The translations under genes and the position numbers were made by a program. DNA of 64,000 bases from an uncultured Candidatus Entotheonella sp. (lineage in GTDB: Bacteria > Tectomicrobia > Entotheonellia > Entotheonellales > Entotheonellaceae): positions 4,032,001 to 4,096,000 of the forward strand of contig OZ244252.1 in assembly GCA_965217185.1 (NCBI GenBank). The letters run 5' to 3'. Below the pieces are notes generated by a model. That model was not told the origin of the DNA. It searched no databases and saw nothing but the letters and a program-made list of their open reading frames with translations. Shown one piece after another: positions 42,936 to 56,396 of this stretch; the first letter of the stretch is position 1, and every line of letters begins with the position of its first letter.

Positions 42936-44009
42936 GTGAAAAAAGAAGTCCGCCAGCTTCGCGAGAAAGCGATCAATGCGTTGGTGCTCTCGATTGAGCA
43001 CTTCAACCGGCCCTGGGATCGCGGCAGAACAGAAGCTGTGCTCATTATGCTCGACCACTCGTTCGAGATGCTTCTCAAAGCAGCGATTCGGCAGGGACAG
43101 GGGAAGATACGGAGGGTGGGCGAAAAGCAAACCATCGGATTTAATGCCTGTGTCCGAAAGGGTCTCACCGATGCAAGTGTAAAATTTCTGACCGATGAGC
43201 AAGCGCTCACCCTGCAAACAATTAATGGGCAGCGCGATGCAGCCCAACACTACCTGGTCGACATGTCGGAACATCAGTTGTACTTCTACGCCCAAGCGGG
43301 GGTGACTCTTTTCCGTGACATTCACGACGATGTTTTTGACGATCGCCTTGTACTTGAACTACCTGAGAGAGTTCTTCCGGTTTCTACAACCGCGCCCAAG
43401 GATTTATTCGCCCTGTTCGACAAAGAAGTCGGCGAAATAAAAGGACTTTTGGCACCTGGTACAAGAAGGAAGATGGATGCCATTGCAAAGGCGCGAAGCT
43501 TGGCCGTACTGGAAAGTTCGGTGAAAGGGGACTACGAGCAGCCGAGTGATCGCGAGTTGGAAAAAGTCTGCCGGCGTCTCTCCGATGGAGAGGCGTGGCC
43601 GTCCGTTTTCCCAGGGGTGGCTTCCATCAACATAACTACCGAACTCGATGGCCCCACCTTTAACCTCCGTTTGACGAAGAATGAAGGTACGCCGGTCCAA
43701 CTTCTGAAAGAGGGCGAAGGAAACGGGGCAGTCGTCGCAATAAAGCGAGTGAACGAGTTGGGCTTCTACAGCCTTGGAGCGCAGGAATTGGCCAGGAAGT
43801 TAGGTCTAACGCCACCCAAATCCCGTGCCCTGGTCGACCATTTGGGCCTTCGTGACGACCCAGAGTGCTTCAAGGAATTTAGGATCGGCAGTGTGAGGCA
43901 CCTTCGATATTCACCCAACGCAATCAAGAAAATGAAGGAAGCTTTGGAGGTCGAATCCATCGACAGAATCTGGGCTGAGCGTAGAGCAAAGCGAAGTGCA
44001 GCAGGGTGA
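42936..44009 (+). CDS. DUF3644-like protein with a HEPN-type RxxxxH motif
   Basis: SIEHFNRP...FEMLLKA...QRDAAQHY. Translationally coupled to hsdS and lower in GC. Confidence 0.65.
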   Translation: MKKEVRQLREKAINALVLSIEHFNRPWDRGRTEAVLIMLDHSFEMLLKAAIRQGQGKIRRVGEKQTIGFNACVRKGLTDASVKFLTDEQALTLQTINGQRDAAQHYLVDMSEHQLYFYAQAGVTLFRDIHDDVFDDRLVLELPERVLPVSTTAPKDLFALFDKEVGEIKGLLAPGTRRKMDAIAKARSLAVLESSVKGDYEQPSDRELEKVCRRLSDGEAWPSVFPGVASINITTELDGPTFNLRLTKNEGTPVQLLKEGEGNGAVVAIKRVNELGFYSLGAQELARKLGLTPPKSRALVDHLGLRDDPECFKEFRIGSVRHLRYSPNAIKKMKEALEVESIDRIWAERRAKRSAAG

Positions 44010-44334
44010 GTAAATTTCGCGAGAGTGATTTTGAGGTAGCTGCTCTCGGTTGGTTAGAAAGTTCCGATTGTGGCGCCACCCACGACCGACTCAATTCCAA
44101 TTGATTTCGAAGATGTTGCAGCCGAGAGTCCAGAAGACTGGTCGGCAACTGCTAAGGATTTCTTAGCAGTTCACAGTTGGCCGAAATGCAGTTATGCAAT
44201 CAGACGCGCGGAAACCTTGCGTTCCGTCACTGTCGGAGCCACGTTTCTATATGGAAACGTGGGCCGCGGGTGCCGTGAGAATCCATCTGGACTACAATAG
44301 ACCAATTCACCCTTCGGCATGCGGAGCCCTGCTT

Positions 44335-44610
44335 GTGAGCACCACCGGACCCCAACGTGTCTGGACCGTGGCGGAGGCGAAGGCGCGCCTCTCTGAAATC
44401 CTGCGGCTCGCCGAATCGGAGGGACCGCAGCGCATCGGCACCCGGCGGCCGTTCGTCGTCGTGCCCGCGGAGGCGTGGGACGCGAAAACGCCGCCCCGTA
44501 AGCCCTTTGGCCAGTGGCTCATAGAGAACGTACCACGCGGCACCAATCTTGAGGTGCCGGACAGGAGGTCCAATCGCCCGATTCCATTCGCTGACGAAGA
44601 AGACGAATGA
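44335..44610 (+). CDS. Phd/YefM-family antitoxin
   Basis: WTVAEAKARLSEILRLAESEGPQRI. Overlaps the PIN gene start (ATGA). Confidence 0.85.
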   Translation: MSTTGPQRVWTVAEAKARLSEILRLAESEGPQRIGTRRPFVVVPAEAWDAKTPPRKPFGQWLIENVPRGTNLEVPDRRSNRPIPFADEEDE

Positions 44611-45022
44611 CCGGCTACCTTCTGGATACCAACGTAATCTCGGAGTTGACGCGGGACATTCCAGACCCCCGGGTTATAGACTTTCTGGCCGAGCGAGACG
44701 ATGTATGGGTGTCGTCTATCCTCATACATGAAGTGGAATACGGAGTGCGATTGCTCACACAGGGAACCCGTCGCAATCGGCTGTCCACCATGTAGGCGGC
44801 CATCCTTTCGGGGTACGCCCATCACGTACTGCCATTGGACAGGGCAGGGGCCGAGTGGGCCGCCGAGTTTCGGGCAAACGCCCGGCGCTCTGGACACACG
44901 GTCGACATGGCCGACGCCTTGGTTGCCGGGATAGCTAGGGCCAATGCCCTCGCCGTAGCCACCCGCAACGTCGCCGATTTCGGGCGCCTCGACGTCGAGG
45001 TCTTCAATCCCTGGGAAGCCCC

Positions 45023-45026
<4 letters not shown>
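44607..45026 (+). pseudogene. vapC: VapC/PIN-domain toxin with an in-frame TAG at 44793-44795
   Basis: YLLDTNVISE before the stop. DALVAGIA...ATRNVADF...FNPW follows in the same frame. Confidence 0.85.
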
Positions 45027-48163
<3,137 letters not shown>

Positions 48164-48200
48164 AGCAAGCCGCCGGGCGGGGGATGTCGTGCTGCGTCGG

Positions 48201-48316
48201 CTCCCCCTCACCCCAACCCCCTCCCTCCAGGGGAGAGGGAGTAAAACCCGCTCCGTAGGGGAAGGTTAGCCCTCTGCTTCCCTCCCCCCTCCGAGGGGAG
48301 AGCTAGGGTGGGGGGC
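48201..48316. repeat. Inverted pair of pyrimidine-tailed hairpin repeats
   Basis: CTCCCCCTCACCCCAACCCCCTCCCTCCAGGGGAGAGGGAG ... CCTCCCCCCTCCGAGGGGAGAGCTAGGGTGGGGGG. Confidence 0.75.
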
Positions 48317-48377
48317 GTTTCCGCGGCACCCGGGTCCGCTTTGCTGCTCACCTTGCGCCGGTTCCCCCTTACCATTG

Positions 48378-48449
48378 AGGCCGAACGTCGTTAAACGAGA
48401 CCGGAAACATGGTTTACACGGTTGGCTCACGTTGATGCCTCTGTCGGGC
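48378..48449 (-). mobile_element. Remnant of an IS481 right end
   Basis: GACCGGAAACATGGTTTACACGGTTGGCTCACGTTGATGCCTCTGTCGGGC is the reverse complement of ~41644-41694 with 3 mismatches. Confidence 0.8.
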
Positions 48450-48531
48450 GCCCCCGGTTGTGTCACGCCCACCTTGACGGTAAACTAGCGGCTCCTTTGA
48501 CCCTTCCAACCCCAACCGGTAAGAAACTCCA

Positions 48532-50841
48532 ATGACCCTGTGGCCCTTTTCTCCGTTGCTGTGGAATACCCAGGCGGGAACGTTCAGGAGCAGTGTGACG
48601 TGGGAGGCGACGTTTCCCGTCGTGGTGGTGGTCGTCATTGCGCTGGCCTTCGTTGCCTTGCTGGTGCGGCAGTGGCTCGACCTCGGGCCGCGCACGTCGA
48701 GGCGCGGGCGGTTGGGGCTGACGGCGTTGCGGTTCGGGGTGTACGCACTGGTCCTGGGCATGCTGCTCAACCCCGCCTTGCTGATCCAGAAGGTGATGCT
48801 GATTCTGCCACAGTTGGCGGTGCTGGTGGATACCTCCGGCAGCATGGGGTTGGCTACGGACGAGGAGGGCACGCGCCTGCAGGGGGTGGTCGATTATCTG
48901 CATGATGAACAGCGTTCGGCGTTAGACAAGCTTGCCGAGCGGTATGAGATCGCGCTGTACCAGTTCGACGACACGCTGCGGATGCTGCCGCGTGAGGGCT
49001 TGCCGCAGGTGCAACCGGGCGGGCAGCGGACGGATTTGATCGGCGCCGTTACCCAGGTGCTCGACGACAACCGCAGCGCGCCGCCGGTGGGCATCATGGT
49101 GCTCAGCGACGGCGTGCATCATGGCTCGGACACCGGCCTCGGCTACTTGCGCCGGGCGGGCGTGCCCGTGGTGGCTGTCGGCGTCGGTGAACTGGACACG
49201 TACCGGGACATCCGCGTCGTTGACGTGCAGGCGCCGTCGCTGACCTTTTTGCATTACCCGGCGGACGTCACCGCTACCATTCAGGTGTGGGGCTATGCCG
49301 AGGAAACGCTGGCGGTCGTCTTGCAGCGCGATGGCCGTGTCGTGGCCACCCAGCGCATGCTGGTTGCCTCGGACGCCTCCGAGCAGCAGATGACCTTCCC
49401 CCTGGAGCCGGACACGATCGGCGAATTTGCCTACACGATCAGCATCGCCCCGCGGCTCGGCGAAGCGCTCACCGACAACAACCGCGTTGACTTCCCGCTC
49501 TCCGTGGTGCGCGACAAAATCCGCGTGCTGCTGGTGTGCGGCAGCCCCACCTGGAATTACCGCTTCCTACGCCAAGCCCTCAAGCTCGACCCCAGCATCG
49601 ACCTGCTGTCGTTCGTCATCCTGCGTACTGCCAACGACGTGGTGAACGTGCCCGAGAGCCAGCTCAGCCTCATCCCGTTTCCCACCGAGCGGCTGTTTAC
49701 GCGGGAGTTGAGGAACTTCGACCTGATCATCTTCGAGAATTTTGATTCGCGGCGTTACTTCCCGGTGACCTATTTGCAGAACGTGGCGCGCTACGTCATG
49801 GACGGCGGCGCCTTTGCGATGGTCGGCGGGCCGCTGGCGTTTTCGCAGGGCGGTTACATGGGCACGCCCATCGAGGCCATCCTGCCGGTCTCCCTGCTCC
49901 GCGAACGCCGAGATTATCAGCAGGCCACGCACCAGATGATGCTGACCGAGGAAGGCCGGACGCACCCGATCACGCGGCTGTCGTCGGACGACCAGGAAAA
50001 CGAGCGCATCTGGGAGGCTATGCCGGAGCTGGATGCCCTCAATCGTGTCGGTAAGGCAAAGCCCGGCGCCACCGTCCTGGCCGTGACCGGCGAATCCTCC
50101 GAGGATGGCTCTGGGGCGCCACTGCTGGCCATGCAACCCGTCGGCGAGGGCCGTACCCTGGCGCTGATGAGCGATTACACCTGGAAGTGGAATTTTCAGT
50201 TGGCCGGGCGCATGGACTCGAATCAGTACTACCTGCAGTTCATTCGCCAGATGGTGCGCTGGCTCATCCACGACCCCGTGCTGAAGCAGGTCCGCAGCAT
50301 GGCCGACGCCCGCGAATTCCCCGTCGGCAGCGAAGTCACCGGCCTGTTCCAGGTGCTGCAGGACGATTACCGCCCCGCCACGGAGGCCGTGTTGCGCCCC
50401 ACCTTGCGTACCCCGGCAGGACAGGAGATGGTTGTGCCGTACCGCCCGACCGGCAATCCGGGCGAATACCGCTACCGCTTCCGGGCCGAGGAGGAGGGGT
50501 TGTACGAGCTCGACGTTCAGGCCCAGATCAAGGACAAAACGCACGAGGCCAGCCGGTTGCTGCTGCCCGTCCGCCGTCCGGGCAACGAAAACCATCACGG
50601 CGCACCGAACCACGACCTGCTGCGCGACATCGCCGACCGCACGGACGGCACCTTCTTCACCCTGGCCGACCGTGCCAAGCCCACTCTTGCCAGCCTGGCG
50701 CAGTTCTTCGGCGGTGAGCCGGATTACCGCGTGCTGGAAGAGAGCCGGCTGCGCTTGCGCGAATCCCTGCCGTTGTTCCTAGTGCTCCTCACCGTTCTGG
50801 CCGTCGAGTGGTGGTGGCGGCGGCGCGTTGGGTTGCTGTAG
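48532..50841 (+). CDS. VWA plus class-I glutamine-amidotransferase-like membrane protein (usual MoxR operon partner)
   Basis: N-terminal TM helices, DTSGSM, LSDG, SFVILRT...LSLIPFP and C-terminal EWWWRRRVGL. Confidence 0.85.
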   Translation: MTLWPFSPLLWNTQAGTFRSSVTWEATFPVVVVVVIALAFVALLVRQWLDLGPRTSRRGRLGLTALRFGVYALVLGMLLNPALLIQKVMLILPQLAVLVDTSGSMGLATDEEGTRLQGVVDYLHDEQRSALDKLAERYEIALYQFDDTLRMLPREGLPQVQPGGQRTDLIGAVTQVLDDNRSAPPVGIMVLSDGVHHGSDTGLGYLRRAGVPVVAVGVGELDTYRDIRVVDVQAPSLTFLHYPADVTATIQVWGYAEETLAVVLQRDGRVVATQRMLVASDASEQQMTFPLEPDTIGEFAYTISIAPRLGEALTDNNRVDFPLSVVRDKIRVLLVCGSPTWNYRFLRQALKLDPSIDLLSFVILRTANDVVNVPESQLSLIPFPTERLFTRELRNFDLIIFENFDSRRYFPVTYLQNVARYVMDGGAFAMVGGPLAFSQGGYMGTPIEAILPVSLLRERRDYQQATHQMMLTEEGRTHPITRLSSDDQENERIWEAMPELDALNRVGKAKPGATVLAVTGESSEDGSGAPLLAMQPVGEGRTLALMSDYTWKWNFQLAGRMDSNQYYLQFIRQMVRWLIHDPVLKQVRSMADAREFPVGSEVTGLFQVLQDDYRPATEAVLRPTLRTPAGQEMVVPYRPTGNPGEYRYRFRAEEEGLYELDVQAQIKDKTHEASRLLLPVRRPGNENHHGAPNHDLLRDIADRTDGTFFTLADRAKPTLASLAQFFGGEPDYRVLEESRLRLRESLPLFLVLLTVLAVEWWWRRRVGLL

Positions 50842-50940
50842 GGCGCGTCTGGGTTTGAGGGAATTGCCAATGGCTCCCGTTCAAGCCGGAGGCGGGTTCT
50901 GCCGGGCCACATACAGAATAATGAAAATAGATTCCCAAGA

Positions 50941-51031
50941 GCGTCACGCCCGCGAAAGCGGGAGTCCAGGGTTTCTGGGGCCAAGAGCCGAGCCGGGATC
51001 ACTGGATCCCGGGTCAAGCCCGGAATGACGC
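50941..51031. repeat. CGTC-type REP-like inverted doublet
   Basis: GCGTCACGCCCGCGAAAGCGGGAGTCCAG ... CTGGATCCCGGGTCAAGCCCGGAATGACGC. Confidence 0.75.
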
Positions 51032-51069
51032 TTTGGTGCTGGATAGGCTCTCTTCATAGGATCTAGGAG

Positions 51070-51270
51070 ATGATGACGCCCGAGGAAATTCAGGCTCTAC
51101 GCGAGCATACGGAAATGACCCACGTGCAGATGGCGCAACTTTTTCGGGTGCGGCCGGCGGACGTGATCGCCTGGGAGAACGGGGAGTTGGAACCCAGCGA
51201 CGAGGAGTTGGAGAAATTGCAACGATTGTCGGCTTCCGGCGCCAAGAAGGCCCGGTTCAAATTCAATTAG
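51070..51270 (+). CDS. Small XRE-family HTH protein
   Basis: EIQALRE...MTHVQMAQLFRV...VIAWENGELEP, with an AGGAG RBS. Confidence 0.8.
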   Translation: MMTPEEIQALREHTEMTHVQMAQLFRVRPADVIAWENGELEPSDEELEKLQRLSASGAKKARFKFN

Positions 51271-51422
51271 GTCACGGGCCGACATTCCTTTCCTTTTGAA
51301 GGACATTTTTGTTACGCTCGACACAAAAATGCCCCGACCCAGTGATGGTGTTTCCATGCCCCGAGCCGTCCGCAAGGCCGCCAAGCCTCTATCTGCGAGG
51401 TTTTGGGCCATGTCACCGTTTG

Positions 51423-51438
51423 TGGCATGGATATTGCT
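51423..51438 (+). promoter_or_regulatory. Sigma54 (-24/-12) promoter of glnB-glnA
   Basis: TGGCAT-GGATA-TTGCT has exact TGGCAC-N5-TTGCW spacing. Confidence 0.85.
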
Positions 51439-51459
51439 GATTTGTTGTTTGACTCATAG

Positions 51460-51930
<471 letters not shown>

Positions 51931-51986
51931 GCGATGCCGGCTGGCGCTGAAGCCGTTGTCGCACGTTTAGCAAGGAGGCAATTGTT

Positions 51987-53399
51987 ATGACACCGAGTGA
52001 AGTACTCAAAATGGCCGCGGACAAGGGGGCCAAGGTCTTTGATCTGCGTTTTCTCGATTTTCCGGGCTTGTGGCAGCACATGACCCATCCCATGAGCGAG
52101 CTCACCGAGGACGCGTTCAACGAGGGCTTTGGTTTCGACGGCTCCAGCATCCGCGGCTGGCAGGCGATCAACGCCAGCGACATGCTGGTGATGCCCGATC
52201 CCACCACGGCGCGCATGGACCCGTTCATGAAAGAGCCCACCCTGGTGATGATCTGCGACATCGTGGACCCGCTGACCCACGAGCACTACACCCGCGACCC
52301 CCGCAACATCGCCAAGAAGGCTGAGGCCTACGTGAAGGCCGGCGGTCTTGCGGATACGGCCTACGTGGGGCCGGAAGCGGAGTTTTTCATCCTGGATGAC
52401 ATCCGCTACGACAACAACGAACATTCGGCGTACTACTTCGTGGATTCGGTGGAAGGGGAGTGGAACACCGGGCGCGTCGAGGGGCCCAACCTGGGCTACA
52501 AGCCGCGCTACAAGGAAGGCTACTTCCCCGTGCCGCCCTCGGACAGCATGCACGACATCCGCACCGAGATGATCCTGCTCATGGAGAAGCTGGGCATCCA
52601 CGTCGAGACGCATCACCACGAGGTCGCCACCGCCGGCCAAGCCGAGATCGACATGCGGTTCAACTCCCTGGTGGCCATGGCCGACAACCTCATGTGGTAC
52701 AAGTACATCATCAAGAACGTGGCGCGGCGCTACAACAAGACGGTCACGTTCATGCCCAAGCCGCTATTCAACGACAACGGCAGCGGCATGCACGTGCACC
52801 AGAGCCTGTGGAAGGACGGTCAGCCGTTGTTCGCCGGCGACGGCTATGCCGGGGTCAGCCAGATGTGCCTCAACTACATCGGCGGCATCCTCAAGCACGC
52901 TCCGGCGTTGTGCGCCTTCGTGGCGCCAACTACCAACTCATACAAGCGCCTGGTGCCGGGCTTCGAGGCGCCGGTCAATCTGGCGTATTCCAGCCGTAAC
53001 CGCAGCGCTGCGGTGCGCATCCCCATGTACTCGTCGAGCCCGAAGGCGAAACGCATCGAGGTGCGCTTCCCCGATCCGTCCTGCAACGGCTACCTGGCCT
53101 TTTCCGCCATGCTGATGGCGGGCCTGGACGGCATCGAAAACCGCATCGACCCCGGCGAGCCGCTGGACAAGGACATTTACGCCCTCACGCCTGCGGAACT
53201 CAGCAAGGTTCCCTCCGTGCCGGGTTCGCTCGAAGGCGCCCTCGACGCTCTGGAACAGGATCACGACTTCCTGCTCAAGGGCGACGTGTTCACCGCCGAT
53301 GCCATCGACACGTGGCTCGATTACAAACGCTCGAATGAAGTGAATGAGGTCCGCCTGCGGCCGCATCCGTTCGAGTTCAAGCTGTACTTCGATATCTAG
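51987..53399 (+). CDS. glnA: Glutamine synthetase type I
   Basis: Motifs [21 protein letters not shown]...NGSGMH and NRSAAVRIP, plus the adenylylation-site Tyr in DKDIY. Confidence 0.97.
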   Translation: MTPSEVLKMAADKGAKVFDLRFLDFPGLWQHMTHPMSELTEDAFNEGFGFDGSSIRGWQAINASDMLVMPDPTTARMDPFMKEPTLVMICDIVDPLTHEHYTRDPRNIAKKAEAYVKAGGLADTAYVGPEAEFFILDDIRYDNNEHSAYYFVDSVEGEWNTGRVEGPNLGYKPRYKEGYFPVPPSDSMHDIRTEMILLMEKLGIHVETHHHEVATAGQAEIDMRFNSLVAMADNLMWYKYIIKNVARRYNKTVTFMPKPLFNDNGSGMHVHQSLWKDGQPLFAGDGYAGVSQMCLNYIGGILKHAPALCAFVAPTTNSYKRLVPGFEAPVNLAYSSRNRSAAVRIPMYSSSPKAKRIEVRFPDPSCNGYLAFSAMLMAGLDGIENRIDPGEPLDKDIYALTPAELSKVPSVPGSLEGALDALEQDHDFLLKGDVFTADAIDTWLDYKRSNEVNEVRLRPHPFEFKLYFDI

Positions 53400-53432
53400 A
53401 GTACGTTTGGATCAAGACGGCTTGTAATTCAT

Positions 53433-53569
53433 TTCCCCCTCACCCCAACCCTCTCCCTCCAGGGGAAAGGGAGTGAAACCTCTTCGTGGCGCTGGTTCCC
53501 TCTCTCTTGCGGAGGAAGGCCAGTTCCCTGATCCCCTCCCCACTTGAGGGGGAGGGTTAGGGTGGGGGG
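53433..53569. repeat. Inverted pair of pyrimidine-tailed hairpin repeats between convergent genes
   Basis: TTCCCCCTCACCCCAACCCTCTCCCTCCAGGGGAAAGGGAG ... CCCCTCCCCACTTGAGGGGGAGGGTTAGGGTGGGGGG. Confidence 0.8.
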
Positions 53570-53745
53570 TTGCTTCCCTCTTTCTTGCCGGCGAAATGCC
53601 GCAGCAGGAATGCCGCATCGGCGGGAGAGAGGTCGAACCGCAGACTGGCTTCATCCACCACCTTCACCGAGAAGGTTCCCTGTTCGGAGATCCACCGCAC
53701 CGCCCGCCGCAGGTTTTCCTTTTCCGGCAGTATTGTTTCACCCAT
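53557..53745 (-). CDS. Small hypothetical protein
   Basis: MGETILPEKENLRRAVRWISE...DEASLRFDLSP with a GGAAAGGA RBS. The stop codon lies inside the repeat. Confidence 0.65.
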   Translation of the reverse strand: MGETILPEKENLRRAVRWISEQGTFSVKVVDEASLRFDLSPADAAFLLRHFAGKKEGSNPPP

Positions 53746-53836
53746 AATCATCCTTTCCATGACATGGCCGCCATCTGCAGGCCGCCCGCTCCGCTCTGAT
53801 TGAACCCGACGTGCTGGCACGGAGACCCCACCAACC

Positions 53837-55036
53837 ATGACCGCAGCCCTGCAGGGCATCCGGGTGCTGGACCTTTCGCGCTACGTGGCCGGCGCCTATT
53901 GCGCCAAGTTGCTGGCGGCGTTCGGGGCCGAGGTGGTCAAGGTCGAGCCGCCCGGCACGGGCGACCCGGCGCGCGCCATGGGGCCGTTTCTGCATGACCG
54001 GCCCAACCCGGAAACGAGCGCGCTGTTCCTCTACCTCAATACCGGCAAGCAGGGTCTGACGCTCAATCTCAAGCACCCGCAGGGCCGGGACATTCTCAAG
54101 GCACTGGTTCGGGACACCGACGTGTTGGTTGAAAATTTCACGCCGCGCGTGATGCCGGCGCTCGGTTTAGATTACGCCACCCTGAGCGCCGTCAACCCGC
54201 GCTTGATCATGGTGTCCATCAGCAGCTTCGGGCAGAGCGGACCGTATCGCGACTACAAGGCCAATGACATGATCTCGTACGCCTTGGGGGGCTACATGTA
54301 TCTCAACGGCCACCCGCAACGCCAGCCCCTGAGCGGGGGCGGCCATCAGCCAGCCTACCAGGGCGGCTTGCATGGCTACAGCGGCGCCATGGCAGCGCTC
54401 ATGGCGCGGGAACAGAGTGGGCAGGGCCAGCACGTGGACATCTCGATCCAGGAGTGTATGGCCTCCATTCACCAGTTTACCATCAACCGCTACGTGTACG
54501 TCGGCCGCATTCAAAAACGCCTTGGCAACCGCTATCAACGTGCCCACCCGATTACCATCTATCCCTGCAAGGACGGCCTGATCTCCCTGGCCGTCAGCAC
54601 GCAGGAGCAATACGAACGGTTCCTGGCCCTGACCGGCCTGACGGAATTGCTGGATGACGCGCGGTTTGCCACGCCGTTTGCGTGTTCCGAGCATGCCGCG
54701 TCGTTTGACGAGTGCCTTGCTCCCTGGTTGCAGGCGCACGGCAAGCACGACATCGTGCATCGCTGCCAGGAAAATCGTATCCCGGCGGCTTTTGTCAACG
54801 ACGTTGCCGAGGTGATGGACGATCCGCAGTACCAGTTCCGCGGCTTCTGGCACGACTTGGATCACCCCGTCGCCGGTCGTCAGACATACGCCGGCTTTCC
54901 CTTTCACATGACCGCAACGCCCCCGGTGCTGCAGCGGGCCTGTCTGTTGGGCGAACATACCCAGGACATCTTGACCGCACGTCTGGGCTGCAGCCACACT
55001 CAACTGGCCGACTGGCGGGCGCAGGGGGTCATTTAG
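53837..55036 (+). CDS. Family III (CaiB/BaiF) CoA-transferase
   Basis: Motifs LQGIRVLDLS, GAEVVKVEPP, DVLVENF and GQGQHVDIS. Confidence 0.93.
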   Translation: MTAALQGIRVLDLSRYVAGAYCAKLLAAFGAEVVKVEPPGTGDPARAMGPFLHDRPNPETSALFLYLNTGKQGLTLNLKHPQGRDILKALVRDTDVLVENFTPRVMPALGLDYATLSAVNPRLIMVSISSFGQSGPYRDYKANDMISYALGGYMYLNGHPQRQPLSGGGHQPAYQGGLHGYSGAMAALMAREQSGQGQHVDISIQECMASIHQFTINRYVYVGRIQKRLGNRYQRAHPITIYPCKDGLISLAVSTQEQYERFLALTGLTELLDDARFATPFACSEHAASFDECLAPWLQAHGKHDIVHRCQENRIPAAFVNDVAEVMDDPQYQFRGFWHDLDHPVAGRQTYAGFPFHMTATPPVLQRACLLGEHTQDILTARLGCSHTQLADWRAQGVI

Positions 55037-55056
55037 GGTAAGGAAAGGGGCCTGCC

Positions 55057-56322
55057 ATGAACGGTGCGCTGCGCGGTGTGCGTATGATCGACTTGACCCG
55101 GGTATGGGCCGGTCCCCATGCTACCCGGATGCTGGCCGACATGGGGGCCGAAGTGATCCACGTCACGGGTCGTAAGCTCGTCGGCCCCCTCACCGTTACC
55201 CAGGAGACGGCCCGTATTCTGGGGGTCTATCCCGACGACGAGCCGGGCGAGCGGCATTGGAACCGCAACTCGCAGACCAATGACTTGATGCGCAACAAGT
55301 ACGACATCACGCTGGAGCTGGATACCCCCGAGGGCCTGTCGCTGCTGCGCCGCCTCATCGCCATCAGCGACGTGGTGATCGAGAACTACAGCCCGCGTGT
55401 CATGCCCAAGTTCGGCCTGGATTATCCCCGCCTGCAGGAATTGAACCCCAGAATCATCCTGTGCTCGATGCCGGGCTACGGTTCTCAGGGACCCTACCGC
55501 AGCTTCATCTCCTACGGTACGAACGTGGACCCGGCAGCGGGGCTTGCCAGTCTGATGGGCTACCCCGGTGAGGCGCCGTACATGAGCGGCAATGCCTACC
55601 CGGATCCGGTGGCCGGCCTGTTCGCCGTCGGCGCCATCCTGACGGCGCTGTATCACCAGCGGCGCACCGGCCAGGGGCAGTACATCGACCTCTCCCAAGC
55701 CGAGGCGACTACCGCCCTGTTGGGTGAAGTTTCGCTCGGCGCCCGGCTGAACGGCGTCGTCCCGCCCCGCATGGGGAACCGTCACCCGCGCCAGGCGCCG
55801 CACGGGTGCTATCCCTGTCGCGGCGACGACACCTGGGTGGCCATTGCCGTGCGCAGCGACGACGAATGGCGCGCCTTTACGCACGTCCTGGGGCAGCCGA
55901 CCTGGGGCGCTGAGGCTCGTTTCGCCACGTTGTCCGGGCGTCTGCAATATCACGATGAGTTGGACCGTCATATTGCCGACTGGACGTCGCATCACCATGC
56001 CTACCACGTGATGCACACCCTGCAAAACGCCGGTGTGCCCGCCGGCGCGGTCGCCAACGCCAAGGAACTGGTCAACGATCCGCACTTATGCGCCCGCGAT
56101 TTCTTCTGGGACATCGATCATCCCGAAGCGGGCACGCGGCGATACGCTGGCCAGCCTGTGCGGTTGTCGGCGACCCCGGCACGGCTCTACCGACCGGCGC
56201 CTTGTCTGGGGCAGCACAATGACCAGGTGCTGGGCGGATTGCTTGGGCTATCAGACGACGAACTCGCCGCCCTGCGCGACAAAGGCGTGATTGGCGATCG
56301 CCCTTTGCCGCGCAATGGATGA
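55057..56322 (+). CDS. Family III (CaiB/BaiF) CoA-transferase
   Basis: Motifs LRGVRMIDLTRVWAGP, DVVIENY, AYPDP and GQGQYIDLS. Confidence 0.93.
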   Translation: MNGALRGVRMIDLTRVWAGPHATRMLADMGAEVIHVTGRKLVGPLTVTQETARILGVYPDDEPGERHWNRNSQTNDLMRNKYDITLELDTPEGLSLLRRLIAISDVVIENYSPRVMPKFGLDYPRLQELNPRIILCSMPGYGSQGPYRSFISYGTNVDPAAGLASLMGYPGEAPYMSGNAYPDPVAGLFAVGAILTALYHQRRTGQGQYIDLSQAEATTALLGEVSLGARLNGVVPPRMGNRHPRQAPHGCYPCRGDDTWVAIAVRSDDEWRAFTHVLGQPTWGAEARFATLSGRLQYHDELDRHIADWTSHHHAYHVMHTLQNAGVPAGAVANAKELVNDPHLCARDFFWDIDHPEAGTRRYAGQPVRLSATPARLYRPAPCLGQHNDQVLGGLLGLSDDELAALRDKGVIGDRPLPRNG

Positions 56323-56396
56323 CCCGTCGCCGGTTTGGTTCATGTTCGCTCTGGGCGAGCGCGCTTCAGGGTGGATGTTTCAAGGAGGGTAAGACA

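Larger units (their letters stand above)
39744..42939 (+). pseudogene. hsdS: Type I R-M specificity subunit, interrupted by IS481 and carrying an in-frame DUF559 cassette
   Basis: The N-half has TRD1 and PPLSEQRAIAHILGTLDDKIELN...LFKSWFVDF. The C-half has DSELGEIPAGW, TRD2 and RDLFLPKLISG. Removing the IS and one target duplication rejoins the frame (627 aa). Confidence 0.9.

Noticed and set aside
44010..44330. Short ORFs between the DUF3644-like gene and the antitoxin
   Set aside because: No RBS or recognisable motif; probably a decayed fragment.
44793..44795. Pyrrolysine or amber readthrough in vapC
   Set aside because: There are no pyl genes in the window, and TAG ends many normal genes here. 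A CAG-to-TAG nonsense change is simpler.
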